This document shows, in pieces, positions 36,632 through 47,538 of a stretch of 64,000 nucleotides of DNA (positions are counted from its first letter, which is position 1; each line of letters opens with the position of its first letter). The stretch covers positions 704,001 through 768,000 of the forward strand of contig CAWDXE010000007.1 in NCBI GenBank assembly GCA_963806185.1, in the 5' to 3' direction. The position numbers and the translations under genes are program-made. The DNA is from an uncultured candidate division Zixibacteria bacterium (lineage in GTDB: Bacteria > Zixibacteria > MSB-5A5 > GN15 > FEB-12). The notes beneath the pieces are model-generated. The model had not been told where the DNA came from, did not search any database, and saw only the letters and a list, made by a program, of their open reading frames with translations.

Positions 36632-37683
36632 TGACTCGCAAGTTGAGCGTGAACCCCGGCGATCGGTTTCTCATCAGTCGCACCGACCGGCTGGGTGACC
36701 TGATTCTCACCCTGCCTTTGATTGGATCATTGAAGGCGCGCTTCCCAATGGCTGAGATCGATATTCTTGCGTCCAGTTATGCCGCGCCGATCCTGCAGGG
36801 CAATCCCGACATTCGATCCGCAGTACCCATTGAGCCTGCTCGACTCACCGACAAGGCATATTTCCGAGAAGTCGTTCAATTGATCAAAGCACGGAACTAC
36901 CAATTCGCCCTTGCCGTCTATCCGGACAGGCTTGTTGCCCAGTTGCTGAAGGACAGCAGGATTCCTCACCGCATTGGTACGACTGGGCGTCTGCATTCAC
37001 TCAAATTCAATCATCGCCTGTACCATAGCCGCAAGCGAAGTGATCGGCATGAATCGGAATATAATCTCGACTTTCTGCGTTTCTTTGCAGACGGCCCGAC
37101 CGTGTGCCTGCCGTCGATCAAAGTGACTCCAGACGAAATTGCCCGTGCAGGCGGACTACTCAAAGCAAACAGCATCTCAGCGCCATTCGTCGTGCTTCAT
37201 CCCGGCTCAAGCGGCTCGGCGGATGCCTGGCCGGTGGCACGATTCGTCGAGCTGTCCGATATCCTTAGGATGGGTGGGATGCCGTGCGTCTTCACGGGAT
37301 CTGAACCGGAAGGACTGGCGATAGGTGAGATGTTGAGTCGGCGCGATTCAAAAAGTCCATCAGTGACCGGGAAGACCGATCTTCGCACTCTGGCGGCTAT
37401 CTTATCATTGGCCTCGGTCGTCGTGGCAAATTCGACCGGACCTCTGCACCTGGCCGCCGCCGTCGGAACGAAGGTGGTCGGACTCTATCCGCACAAGCGC
37501 GTCATGGCTCCCCGCCGCTGGCGACCGCTGGGCGACGGCCATCGGGTCGTGCAACCGGCGTCTGCTATCTGTCGTTGCACAAAGGGGCAATGCGAGTGTA
37601 TGTTCAGCATATCTGCCCAGACGGTAGCCGAACAGGTACAGGCGATCTGGGCCGAAAATGCGCAGCGAAAGCAGTTGTTATGA
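36631..37683 (+). CDS. Glycosyltransferase family 9 (heptosyltransferase-like)
   Basis: RTDRLGDLIL, LHPGS, NSTGPLHLAAAVG. Confidence 0.88.
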   Translation: MTRKLSVNPGDRFLISRTDRLGDLILTLPLIGSLKARFPMAEIDILASSYAAPILQGNPDIRSAVPIEPARLTDKAYFREVVQLIKARNYQFALAVYPDRLVAQLLKDSRIPHRIGTTGRLHSLKFNHRLYHSRKRSDRHESEYNLDFLRFFADGPTVCLPSIKVTPDEIARAGGLLKANSISAPFVVLHPGSSGSADAWPVARFVELSDILRMGGMPCVFTGSEPEGLAIGEMLSRRDSKSPSVTGKTDLRTLAAILSLASVVVANSTGPLHLAAAVGTKVVGLYPHKRVMAPRRWRPLGDGHRVVQPASAICRCTKGQCECMFSISAQTVAEQVQAIWAENAQRKQLL

Positions 37684-39821
37684 ACCTTGCTGAGTTTATC
37701 ATACATATCGAATCCTACAACGCAAACATCGACATCGGACTAGTTCGTCGTGCCTATGAATTCTCGGACAAAGCTCACGCCGGACAACTGCGCTCATCGG
37801 GCGAACCGTATGTTGAACATTGTCTCGAGGTAGCTTTCTTTCTGGCCGGCATGCATATGGATTCGGCCACCATCGCGGCGGGGCTGATTCACGACGTTGT
37901 CGAAGACACCAAATTCACTTTGGAGGACATTCGGCGTGAATTCGGCGATGAAATCGCCGACTTGGTCGACGGTGTCACGAAAATCGGCGCGGTCAAGTTC
38001 ACTTCCTACGAAGAACAGCAGGTGGAGTATTTCCGCAAGATGCTCCTGTCGATGGCCAAAGACATCCGCGTCATCCTGATCAAGCTGGCCGACCGGGTGC
38101 ATAACATGCGTACGCTGGAGCATCTCCCACCCGAAAAACGCAAACGAATCGCGCAGGAGACGCGCGACGTCTACTGCCCGCTGGCTGGCCGCATCGGTAT
38201 TCACAAAGCCAAGATCGAGCTGGAAGATCTTACGCTCAAACATCTCGAACCGGAAATCTACCAGGATCTGGCCCGCATGGTGAAAGAGCGCCGCGATGAA
38301 CGCGAGAAGTACATCGAAGAATGCGTCGGCCCTATAAAGGAAGCGCTGGCGAAGAATGGTATTCTAGCCATTGTCAATGGTCGCGCCAAACACCTCGACT
38401 CGATCTATCGAAAGATCAAGGTCCGCAAGGTGCCGTTCGAACAGATTTTCGACCTGCTGGCCATCCGCGTCATCGTGAACAACGAGCGCGAATGCTACCA
38501 TACTATGGGGATCATTCACGCGATGTGGAAACCTGTCCCTGATCGCTTTCACGACTACATCGCCAATCCGAAGGCAAACGGGTATCGATCATTGCACACC
38601 ACCGTCTTTGGACCGCGAAACAAAATGGTCGAAATCCAGATCCGCACCCACCAGATGCACTATATCGCGGAGAACGGTATCGCCGCTCACTGGCTGTACA
38701 AAGAGGGGCGGCAACAGATGAGCCGCGACGATCGGCAGATGATCTGGCTTCGCGACGTGCTCGAATGGCAAAAGGACATGACCAATCCGTCGGAGTTCAT
38801 CGAGTACCTCAAGATGGATCTGTACTCCGAAGATATCTTCGTCTACACCCCAAATGGCAAGCTGATACATCTTCCCAAGGGCGCCACGCCGCTCGACTTC
38901 GCTTTCCTCGTCCACACGGAGGTCGGCCTCCACTGCGCCGGGGCCAAAATCAACGGTCGGTTGCAGCCGCTCTCCACCCAGATGGCCTCCGGCGATATGG
39001 TTGAGATCATCACCAACCCCGGGCGGACCCCATCGCACGACTGGCTGAAACTGGTCAAAACGTCAAACGCCCGCACGCGCATCAAACGGTGGCTGAAACA
39101 GGCCGGATTCGAGCAATCGGTCCAGCTCGGAAAGCAGATTATCGAGCGCAAGTTGAAGGAACTGCGCGCCGAAATGCCTGACGAAGCTATCCTTCACGGC
39201 TTTGCCGAACAACTGGGAAAGAAGACGGTTGACGAACTTTGGGCCGCCGTCGGTAACGGCTCGATGTCTTCCGGGAAACTCATCTCACTGATTCACGTCG
39301 AAGAAGAAAAGAAGGGGGAAGCCGGTTTCGTCGGCAAAGTCATCGAGCGCATTCGCGGTTCCAAGGGCGTGCGCGTCCAGGGACTGGATAATATGATGTT
39401 CCGCTTTGCCGGTTGCTGCCAGCCGGTGCCGGGCGAGGATATCGCCGGCTTCATCACGCGCGGCCGGGGGGTGACGATCCACCACGCCGATTGCCCTATC
39501 GCCATCGAACTCGCCAATCAGTCGCCCGAACGGAAGATCTCCGTGTCGTGGGATGCCGGCAAGAACCAGTCCTTCGTCGTCCAGTTAGATCTTATCACCG
39601 AGGATCGGAAGAATGTACTTCGTGACATCACCCAGGCCATTGCCGATTCGAACACCAATGTCCGTGGAGCCGAGCTATACGTTACTGATTCCACCGCCAG
39701 CGGCAAGTTCGTCGTCGAGGTGGCCAACCTCTCGCATCTGAACCGCATTATTGACAAAGTGAGAAAAGTGAAGGGCGTAATAAGTGTTACTCGTGCCCGG
39801 CGGGCTGAGGGTGAGGATTAG
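37680..39821 (+). CDS. rel: Bifunctional (p)ppGpp synthetase/hydrolase (long RSH)
   Basis: HAGQLRSSGEPY, HDVVEDT (intact HD), KLADRVHNMRT, DYIANPKANGYRSLHT, EIQIRT; TGS and ACT domains. Confidence 0.95.
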   Translation: MNLAEFIIHIESYNANIDIGLVRRAYEFSDKAHAGQLRSSGEPYVEHCLEVAFFLAGMHMDSATIAAGLIHDVVEDTKFTLEDIRREFGDEIADLVDGVTKIGAVKFTSYEEQQVEYFRKMLLSMAKDIRVILIKLADRVHNMRTLEHLPPEKRKRIAQETRDVYCPLAGRIGIHKAKIELEDLTLKHLEPEIYQDLARMVKERRDEREKYIEECVGPIKEALAKNGILAIVNGRAKHLDSIYRKIKVRKVPFEQIFDLLAIRVIVNNERECYHTMGIIHAMWKPVPDRFHDYIANPKANGYRSLHTTVFGPRNKMVEIQIRTHQMHYIAENGIAAHWLYKEGRQQMSRDDRQMIWLRDVLEWQKDMTNPSEFIEYLKMDLYSEDIFVYTPNGKLIHLPKGATPLDFAFLVHTEVGLHCAGAKINGRLQPLSTQMASGDMVEIITNPGRTPSHDWLKLVKTSNARTRIKRWLKQAGFEQSVQLGKQIIERKLKELRAEMPDEAILHGFAEQLGKKTVDELWAAVGNGSMSSGKLISLIHVEEEKKGEAGFVGKVIERIRGSKGVRVQGLDNMMFRFAGCCQPVPGEDIAGFITRGRGVTIHHADCPIAIELANQSPERKISVSWDAGKNQSFVVQLDLITEDRKNVLRDITQAIADSNTNVRGAELYVTDSTASGKFVVEVANLSHLNRIIDKVRKVKGVISVTRARRAEGED

Positions 39822-39822
39822 G

Positions 39823-41478
39823 CTATGCTTCGGGCAGCGCCACCATACGATCAAGTTCACCCGCAACTTCACTCGCCTCAAGCTTGCGTACGGAAATGAC
39901 CAACCGTCGTGCGTCCCCGGCCTCTTTTTCGGCAACGTAGTGATGATCGGCCAGGCGTGCAATCTGGTGTAAGTGAGTAACTACCAGAACTTGATTCCCC
40001 TCGGCCATCTTCTTCAGCTTTCGCGCTACCTCATTAGCCGTGCGTCCACCGATGCCGGTATCCACTTCGTCAAAGGCCAGCAAGCTGAGCGAGCGGTGAC
40101 TGCTCTTCTTCTCTGCCGCTTTCAGCGCGAGGAGGACGCGTGAAATTTCGCCGCCGGAGGCCGTCTTCACCAGAGGCTTAAGCGGTTCGCCCGGATTGGC
40201 GGAAAATAAAAATCGCCCCGACTCCAGGCCGTTAACGGTCGGCTTGACCTTACGACCGTCAATTTCAATGCCGTCGGCCGCGTCCTCGTAAACGAATTCG
40301 CATTCGAACTTGGCTCTGTCGATAGCCAGATCGGCCAGCTCTTTCACCACCAGCTTCTGCAAATAGACGGCTGCTTTCTTTCGTGTGGCGGAGAGGTCAA
40401 CTGCCTTGTCGGTATATTCTGCGCGCAGCTGGTCGTTTTGCCTCTGTAGTTGGTCAATCTGTGCGTCAATGTCAGGGCGGCTCTGCAATTTCAGGGAGAT
40501 GTCGGCCAGCGTCTGAATGGCTGAGGTTTCCGAACCGCCGTATTTCTTCTTGATGGCATAGATCTCGTCTAACCGACTGTTGATTTCCTCGAGGCGCGCT
40601 TGATCGTCCGGAACCGACGCACCGTATTGCTCGATGAACCGACGGAAATCCTCGATGCGAAAATCCAGGTCATTGACCTCGGTGACTTTCGCAGCAAGGG
40701 TCGCATCCACCGCCGCCATCTTCTCCAGCTCCTTGCGGGCCAGCCGAAGGTCGCTGATCACCGATTGCTCCTCGCCGTCGAGAATGTTGCCAATCAGGTC
40801 AGCCGACGTCATAAGCGCCCGGGCGGAATCGAGAATCTTGCGCTCGCGAATGAGTTCCTCTTCTTCGCCCACGCGAAGGCCGGCTTTCTGTAGTTCATCT
40901 TGCTGGAATAAAAGCAGCTCTCGCTCGGAGATGAGCTGGTCGCGCTTGTTGCGAAGGCGGCGAACTTCCGATGCTACGTCCTCCCAACGAACAAACACCT
41001 CGCCAACCAGATCGCGCAATTCGATCAAATTGGCGAACTGGTCCAGAAAGAACAGGTGGTTCTCTTCGTCCATCAGCAGCTGGTTGGCATGCTGACCGAC
41101 GATTTCGGCGAGGGTAGCGGTAATCTCCTTCAATTTGGTCAGCGAACACAGCGTGTTACGCACCCGAATCCTGGAATTACCGTCGCGCGAAATCTCACGC
41201 TGGATACTGATCGCGTCGGCCTCAATAAAATCCCTGAGCGACTTCTTGAAGCTGGCGGGGAAGGCGCTGACATCAAAAGTGGCCGACACAATCGCTTTCT
41301 CGAAGCCGTGGCGAATCTGTTCGCGGTCGGCCCGGTCGCCCAACACCAGCGCCAGCGCCGTTATCAGAACCGATTTCCCCGCCCCGGTCTCGCCCGATAG
41401 TACCGACAACCCCTTGTGAAAGGCCAAAGATGTGTCATCGATCAACGCGACATTCTGTATGTGCAGGTGGGTAAGCAT
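39823..41478 (-). CDS. recN: DNA repair protein RecN
   Basis: GETGAGKS, ANPGEPLKPL..TASGGE, FDEVDTGIGG, VTHLHQIA. Confidence 0.95.
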   Translation of the reverse strand: MLTHLHIQNVALIDDTSLAFHKGLSVLSGETGAGKSVLITALALVLGDRADREQIRHGFEKAIVSATFDVSAFPASFKKSLRDFIEADAISIQREISRDGNSRIRVRNTLCSLTKLKEITATLAEIVGQHANQLLMDEENHLFFLDQFANLIELRDLVGEVFVRWEDVASEVRRLRNKRDQLISERELLLFQQDELQKAGLRVGEEEELIRERKILDSARALMTSADLIGNILDGEEQSVISDLRLARKELEKMAAVDATLAAKVTEVNDLDFRIEDFRRFIEQYGASVPDDQARLEEINSRLDEIYAIKKKYGGSETSAIQTLADISLKLQSRPDIDAQIDQLQRQNDQLRAEYTDKAVDLSATRKKAAVYLQKLVVKELADLAIDRAKFECEFVYEDAADGIEIDGRKVKPTVNGLESGRFLFSANPGEPLKPLVKTASGGEISRVLLALKAAEKKSSHRSLSLLAFDEVDTGIGGRTANEVARKLKKMAEGNQVLVVTHLHQIARLADHHYVAEKEAGDARRLVISVRKLEASEVAGELDRMVALPEA

Positions 41479-43205
41479 CAGCGTTCGTCCAGTCCGTAGG
41501 CCCGCAATTGCGCGAGCAGTTCGTTCGCTTTCCCCTGGTCGCCATCGGCTTCCGCCTGGGCCATCTCTTTCTGAAGGCGCTCGCGGATCTTCTTCTGGCG
41601 GCGTTCCAGAAAGTCCCTTGTGCGCTCCCGAATCTCTGCCTCGACAGTCTCAGGGTCCCATTCGACCACCGCCAGCTGCGGAATCATCTGCCGCATCTCT
41701 TCATCCTCAAATGTCTCGTAAAGCAGGTGCGGATTCAACGAGCCCATTGATCGAAACTGCGTGATCATCGCACTGTACATCCGGGCCAATTTCTTCGAGT
41801 CAAAATCATCGGGCGATATTTGCTCAAAGACAAATTCAAGAAGGGGGGGGTTGCTGCAGAGAATCGACAAAAACTCGAACTCAAGCTTGTCAAATTTGCG
41901 GGGCTTTGGTGCGGCGGGGGAGGGCTGAGCCGCTCCTACCGGCGGCTCGCGCATAAGCGAACGATCGACTTTGAGCAGGGTCGCCGCCTCCTCCAGAAAG
42001 ACTGCCCGGCGGGTCGGATCGCCGATCTTGCCTGCCAGCGTGGTCAATTCTTTGATCAACTTCTCTCGCCCTATGATGCCGGTGTCGTTGACGTTGATCC
42101 CCTGCAACCGGTAGGGGATGTAACGCAAGGCCGCTGTCTGCAGTTCGTCGATTTTCGCTTTGCCCAGCTCACGCGCGACATTGTCGGGATCCATGCCGGC
42201 GAGCGGGCGCATGACATGAACTTCGAGCCCCGCGTCGTAAAGTGCATCAATGGACCGCAACGCCGCCGCCTGCCCGGCCGAGTCGGCGTCGAAGAACAGG
42301 AAGACATTCTCCGCAAAACGGGCAATCAGCCGTGCCTGCTGTGCCGTAAAAGCTGTTCCCGAGGAGGCCACCACATTCCGAATACCCGCTTGCCAGAGCG
42401 AGATGAAATCAAAGTACCCTTCCACAATCAGCACGGCGTTCAGCGCACGAATGGCGTCGCGCGAAAAGTTTAGTCCATACAGGACGCTCCCCTTCGAGTA
42501 GAGTTTGGTCTCGGGGGAATTGATATACTTGACCTGCTCGCCCTTTTTCAGCGTGCGACCGCCAAAGGCGATTGGCTTCTGGCTCAAATTGAAAATCGGA
42601 ATCATGAGCCGTTCCCGGAAGCGATCTACAAACTTGCCGCTCTTCTCCACGCGAGAGGCAAGCCCAGCCGCTACCAGATCCTCACCGCCGATCCCCTTTC
42701 GCTGCGCGAAATTGACCAGACCCTCCCATGAATCATCAGCCAGGCCAAGTTGAAAATACTCGATGGTCTCGTCGGTCAACTGACGTTTCTGTTTGAGATA
42801 CCCCTCGACTACCGTTCTGTACTGCGATCGTTGGAGCACGCTCCTGAAATACTCAACCGCCACTTGCTGGGCAAAATTCAGCCGTTCCAGATGTTCACGC
42901 TGGACGTCGGTCACTGTCTCGCGAATCTGAATATTCGCCCGCTTGGCCAGGAGCCGAACGACCTCGATAAACGACATCCGCTCGTGCTCCATCAGAAACG
43001 TGAAGACATTGCCTCCCTTGCCGCAGCCGAAACAGTGGTAAATCTGCTTGTCGACATTCACTTTGAACGAGGGTGTTTTCTCCTCGTGAAACGGGCAGAG
43101 CGCCTCAAAATTCCGCCCGCGCCGGCGGAGACGCACGAACTCCCCGACCACTTGACCGATGTCGGTGGCCTGGCGGATCTGTTCGATGGTCTCCTGCGGA
43201 ATCAC
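41478..43205 (-). CDS. dnaG: DNA primase
   Basis: CPFHEEKTPSF...CFGC Zn finger, FGGR, KYINSPET, VEGYFD, FDADSAG (TOPRIM). GTG 43205 overlaps the mutS2 stop. Confidence 0.95.
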   Translation of the reverse strand: MIPQETIEQIRQATDIGQVVGEFVRLRRRGRNFEALCPFHEEKTPSFKVNVDKQIYHCFGCGKGGNVFTFLMEHERMSFIEVVRLLAKRANIQIRETVTDVQREHLERLNFAQQVAVEYFRSVLQRSQYRTVVEGYLKQKRQLTDETIEYFQLGLADDSWEGLVNFAQRKGIGGEDLVAAGLASRVEKSGKFVDRFRERLMIPIFNLSQKPIAFGGRTLKKGEQVKYINSPETKLYSKGSVLYGLNFSRDAIRALNAVLIVEGYFDFISLWQAGIRNVVASSGTAFTAQQARLIARFAENVFLFFDADSAGQAAALRSIDALYDAGLEVHVMRPLAGMDPDNVARELGKAKIDELQTAALRYIPYRLQGINVNDTGIIGREKLIKELTTLAGKIGDPTRRAVFLEEAATLLKVDRSLMREPPVGAAQPSPAAPKPRKFDKLEFEFLSILCSNPPLLEFVFEQISPDDFDSKKLARMYSAMITQFRSMGSLNPHLLYETFEDEEMRQMIPQLAVVEWDPETVEAEIRERTRDFLERRQKKIRERLQKEMAQAEADGDQGKANELLAQLRAYGLDER

Positions 43206-45571
43206 TCTTTCAGCCTCACAATAGTCACACCCGCACCCCCCTCGTTCCAATCGCCGAGCCGGATCGAATCGACCTCCACATGCTTCTTGAGGAATTCCGT
43301 TAACATACGCCTCAATGTACCCGTCCCTTTGCCGTGAATGACGTAGACTTGCTTGAGACCGGCTACGACCGCCTGGTCAAGAAATTTGTCCAGGGCTTCC
43401 ATCGCTTCTTCGACCGTCATGCCCCGCAAATGGATTTCAGGGGAGACCGTCTGCGCATTGATATTGGGCACGCGACGAGGGACGAAGGCCGGGCCGCCGT
43501 CGGCCACTTTCTCAAGTTGTCGGATCGCCACGACAGTGGTGAAATTACCCAGATTGATGCGCGCCTTGTCACGGCCGACTAATTCGTCAATCTCGCCCAC
43601 CTGGTTCAAATTCATGATTCGAACCCGGTCACCCTTGGCATAGCGCACCGACTTTGCCTTGGGCAGAGAGCGCTCCATCTCTTTCTTATGCTTGCCCACT
43701 TCGGCGTTAGAGGCCTTGAGCACTCGATGCATCGCTTTAACCGATTCTTCGGACGCCTGGCTGGTGCGTATTTCGGCTACCAACCGTTCAGTCTCCCTGC
43801 GGGTGCTCGTGAGAATTTCTTCAGTTTCGGCCAACGCCTTCTGTTTTTCCTCGTCGATTTCACGCTTGAGCTTCTCGGTCGCCTCCCGATAGTAAATCTC
43901 CAGCCGAGAGGCCTCGTCCAGCCGCTCGGTCAAGCGCATCTTATCCTCGCGTACGGTGGACAGTTCGCGTTCGAGCGAGTCAATCAGATTGGACAGCGAT
44001 CGTTCGCCGCTTCCTACCAACGCGACCGCCGCGTCGCACACTTCCTTCGGCATACCCAGTCGTCCGGCGATTTCCACCGCATACGACGAACCCGGTATGC
44101 CCACTTGCAGCCGGTAGGTCGGCGCCAGCGACTCCCGATCGAACTCAAGTGAAGCATTTTCGATCTCAGAGTGATCCAGCGCCAGCGTCTTGAGCTGAGA
44201 GTAGTGGGTAGTCGCCACCAGTCGCGCGCCCTGTTTGACCAGATAAAGTATGACCGCCTCGGCGAGCGCGGCTCCCTCCTTGGGATCGGTCCCGGCGCCA
44301 ATCTCATCAAACAGCACCAGCGCCTCTTTGTCCGCCTCACGAAGAGCGGCGATGATATTCGTCACGTGCGACGAAAAGGTCGAAAGCGACAGTTCAATGG
44401 ACTGCTCGTCGCCAATATCTGCAAACACGCGCGAAAATACGCCGATTTCAGAAAGTTCCGACGCGGGGATCAACAACCCGGACTGAATCATCACCACCAG
44501 CAGCCCGATGGTCTTGAGCACGATCGTCTTGCCGCCCGTGTTTGGTCCGGTGACAAGTATTGCCTGACGGTCACTGTTCAACTCAATGGAGAGGGGGACA
44601 ACGTCCTTGATTTCCTTCAGCTTGAGAATCAACAACGGATGTCGGGCGTCGATGAGTTTCAGCGATGCCGCCCCTTCCAGCTTCGGCATTACCGCTTTCA
44701 CTTGACTGGCGAACACGGCTGACGCATGGAACATGTCGAGCTTGCCGATAAGCCGGGTATTCTCTTCCAGGGCGTCGGCCCGCGCGGAAATCTCCTTGGT
44801 GATTTGTCGCAGGATGCGATCCATTTCCAGCCGCTCTTCCTGGAAGAGGAGGTTGAGACGGTTGTTCATCTCCACCATCTCACGCGGTTCGACATAGAGT
44901 GTCGCGCCCGTCTGGCTCCGGTCGTGGACGATCCCAAAGTCCGGCCGATAGGCGCCGGCCATGACCGGCATCACGAAGCGGCCGTTGCGCTGCGTGACTA
45001 CGTCGTCCTGCCACCCGGCATGCTTCTTCTGACCGGAAATAATCGACTCCATTCGCGAAATGGTCTTCCGCCGGGTATCACCCAGCTCGAAGCGGATCGC
45101 CTTCAGCTTTGGGGAGGCGGAATCCTTGATTTCGCCCGTCTCATCGATCGCCCGCACTATTTCGGCCTTGAGTTCCGGAAACGCGCGGATGCCCTTGAGA
45201 TACGGATCGATGGCGGGAAATCGATCCCGACTGTCCTTGTCATACCCGTGAATTTGAATCGATACATCAACCAGCGCGTTCACCCTCAGCATGTCTTTCG
45301 GCTCCAGGAAGACCCCTTCCACCCGTGAATGAGCCAGCAGGTCGTTCACGTCCTCAAGTCGATAGATAGGGAAGGGGATGCCAAAATTCACGATATCCTT
45401 CATCTGGGCGTTTTCCGCTAACCGCGTGCGGATATCGTCGAGCGACTCAAGCGGGGCAATACGGGTAGCTTCCGCGCTCCCATAGGGAGTCAGGCATTTA
45501 CCCTTGATGAGTGCCACAATCTTGGGGAACTCAAGGGTATCAAGCGTATGGTCAGAAATACGGTATGTCAT
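43202..45571 (-). CDS. mutS2: Endonuclease MutS2
   Basis: LEFPKI, TGPNTGGKT, DIGDEQSIELSLSTFSSH, DEIGAGTDPKEG, C-terminal Smr domain (LRGM...IHGKGTG). Confidence 0.95.
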   Translation of the reverse strand: MTYRISDHTLDTLEFPKIVALIKGKCLTPYGSAEATRIAPLESLDDIRTRLAENAQMKDIVNFGIPFPIYRLEDVNDLLAHSRVEGVFLEPKDMLRVNALVDVSIQIHGYDKDSRDRFPAIDPYLKGIRAFPELKAEIVRAIDETGEIKDSASPKLKAIRFELGDTRRKTISRMESIISGQKKHAGWQDDVVTQRNGRFVMPVMAGAYRPDFGIVHDRSQTGATLYVEPREMVEMNNRLNLLFQEERLEMDRILRQITKEISARADALEENTRLIGKLDMFHASAVFASQVKAVMPKLEGAASLKLIDARHPLLILKLKEIKDVVPLSIELNSDRQAILVTGPNTGGKTIVLKTIGLLVVMIQSGLLIPASELSEIGVFSRVFADIGDEQSIELSLSTFSSHVTNIIAALREADKEALVLFDEIGAGTDPKEGAALAEAVILYLVKQGARLVATTHYSQLKTLALDHSEIENASLEFDRESLAPTYRLQVGIPGSSYAVEIAGRLGMPKEVCDAAVALVGSGERSLSNLIDSLERELSTVREDKMRLTERLDEASRLEIYYREATEKLKREIDEEKQKALAETEEILTSTRRETERLVAEIRTSQASEESVKAMHRVLKASNAEVGKHKKEMERSLPKAKSVRYAKGDRVRIMNLNQVGEIDELVGRDKARINLGNFTTVVAIRQLEKVADGGPAFVPRRVPNINAQTVSPEIHLRGMTVEEAMEALDKFLDQAVVAGLKQVYVIHGKGTGTLRRMLTEFLKKHVEVDSIRLGDWNEGGAGVTIVRLKE

Positions 45572-45580
45572 ATCTTCCAA

Positions 45581-45606
45581 TAAAAAAGCCGGTCATCGCC
45601 GGCTTT
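45581..45606 (-). terminator. Internal terminator immediately upstream of mutS2
   Basis: AAAGCCGG-cgatga-CCGGCTTT plus TTT on the minus strand, ending about 10 nt before the mutS2 ATG. Confidence 0.7.
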
Positions 45607-45636
45607 AATATCTCCTCGAACGGCCCAAAACGCAAA

Positions 45637-46276
45637 TCAGGTTTCGTTGGTGGTGCCGATACTGAAGAACCGGTCCATCTGGTACAGAATGCGGTGGATC
45701 TCTGCCCGATCCTCATCCACCGACCCTCCACTGGTCGTGTTTGTTGGCGCATTGAGCAGGGTGGACTCGACCTTCTGCATAAAGCCGGGGCTGTTGGGAT
45801 GTACAATCGAGGTCTCGTCATACAGGAAGGGGAGCGTCTTGGCCAGGGTTGGGCCGAAAAAGGATGCCTCAAACGCGGTGTAAAATCGCTCCGGCATCGG
45901 CAAGAGAAACAGGATAAACAACAATGCGCCGATTGAAACCCACCCCCGCACAAAACCGACGATTGCCCCGCCGACCTGGTCTCTCTTCCCCTGGCTCTTG
46001 ATGTCGGCTATCTTGTAAAACAACCAGCCGGCTCCCTTGAAAACCCCGTACGAAATCCCCAGCAGCAGCATGAACGCCAGCAATGGCGGCCATTAGTGGA
46101 GTAGCCTCCATCTTGTTTACCAGCATGGCCGCAAACTTGTCCAGGTAGGCTACCGACACCAGCGCGGCCAACAGGAAAAGCACCAGCGCCGACAATTCAC
46201 GCACCAGCCCCTTCTTCGAGCCGATCACCATGGCCGTCAGGAGCAATAAGATCAATACCACGTCGATCCAGTTCAT
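45637..46276 (-). CDS. cvpA: CvpA (colicin V production) family membrane protein; +1 indel at about 46083
   Basis: MNWIDVVLI...GSKKGLVREL in one frame and DQVGGAIVGFVRG in the other; total length 640 = 3n+1. Confidence 0.85.
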
Positions 46277-46335
46277 GCCATACCTCCAAGAGGTGCAAGT
46301 TCCCCGTAACGCCGCGAGTATAGATGTTTTTTAGA

Positions 46336-46783
46336 CTACTTTGCAAGCATTTCTGAAACCAGCCGATTGACCATCTTGCCGTCGGCCTTGCCCTTCACTT
46401 TGGGCATCAGCACCTTCATGACCAGCCCCGCCTTCTGCGGTGAGTCGGCCCCGGTCTCGGCGATTGCCTCTGCAACCAGCACTGCGGACATCAGCTTCAG
46501 ACATTTGCTCGGGAAGGTAAGTGGTGAGAATGGCCAGCTCCGCCGTCTCCTTCTCCACCAGGTCATTGCGACCGGCATTGCGGAACTGATCGATGGAATC
46601 CCGGCGCTTCTTGGCACTGGAACTAAGAACGCCGATGACCACATCGTCGGTCAACGGCGTGCCTTTGTTTATATGCTCGTTCTTGAGGTCAGACTTGAGC
46701 GTCCGAAGAACAGTGACCTTAAACTTGTCACCGCCTTTCATGGCCGCGATTATGTCTTGTTCAAGTTTCTCAACGATCGACAT
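46336..46783 (-). CDS. GatB/YqeY domain protein; +1 indel at about 46486
   Basis: AMKGGDK...KKRRDSIDQF..AGRNDL..KE..EL.IL..YLPEQMSE joins GLVMKVLMPKVKGKADGKMVN in another frame. Confidence 0.88.
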
Positions 46784-46983
46784 CAATACTGCTCTTCCAG
46801 CATTCTGTTGCGGCGCGCTTTGCGCTTGGCCGCGGCCAGCTTACGCTTACGGGTTTCCGACGGCTTTTCAAAATGCTGATGCTTCTTGAAATCTGAAAGA
46901 ATTCCCGACTTTTCGCAGAATTTATTGAAACGTCTTAGAGCCTTTTCAAACGATTCGTCATCTCGGACGCGAACTCCGGTCAA
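46783..46983 (-). CDS. rpsU: 30S ribosomal protein S21
   Basis: [16 protein letters not shown]...[15 protein letters not shown] start after GGAGG. Confidence 0.95.
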   Translation of the reverse strand: MTGVRVRDDESFEKALRRFNKFCEKSGILSDFKKHQHFEKPSETRKRKLAAAKRKARRNRMLEEQY

Positions 46984-47206
46984 TTAAATCCACCTCCTTC
47001 ACCGGTGAAAAAAACAAACATGTTCCTCAGTATCGGTCAAAATAAGGAATATCCGTGGGTTGTCAACGTAAAACGGGTTTAATCAATCACATACGCCGGA
47101 AGGCAATCTCTCGGTGGGGGCGACCCGATCGTTCCCACACACAACCCATTGAATAATATATGCTTGAGAGGCTGCTTGAACCTGACACCTTCAGTCTTGC
47201 CGCTCC

Positions 47207-47533
47207 CTACAGATACCGCAGCTGATCCGAAGTCCGATTCGATAGGAAGTGAATATGCACATGGTCCACCTCCTGACCGTACCCATTATTAAATACCAAC
47301 CGAAAGTGATCGGTGATCCCCAGCCGTTCGGCCACCAACTTGGCCGTTTCGGCCATCTCCGCCAGTACTTCGGCCGGGGTTTCATAGAAGTTGCAGTACT
47401 CGGTCTTTGGAATTATCAATAAGTGGATCGTATCTTTGGGCCGGTGATCGGCGATCACGATCATCGTTTCCGACTCGTGGAATATGCGGGCTGGAAGCTC
47501 CCGCCTGACGATGCGGGTGAAAATTGAAGCCAT
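47207..47533 (-). CDS. HIT-family nucleotide-binding protein
   Basis: SIFTRIV, HLLIIPK, NNG..QEVDHVHIHF triad; leaderless arrangement. Confidence 0.9.
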   Translation of the reverse strand: MASIFTRIVRRELPARIFHESETMIVIADHRPKDTIHLLIIPKTEYCNFYETPAEVLAEMAETAKLVAERLGITDHFRLVFNNGYGQEVDHVHIHFLSNRTSDQLRYL

Positions 47534-47538
47534 GGCGG

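Noticed and set aside
43206..43250. Cys-rich N-terminal extension of DnaG (MERGGCGCDYC)
   Set aside because: It lies inside the mutS2 3' end; GTG 43205 gives the typical primase start with a GTGA overlap.
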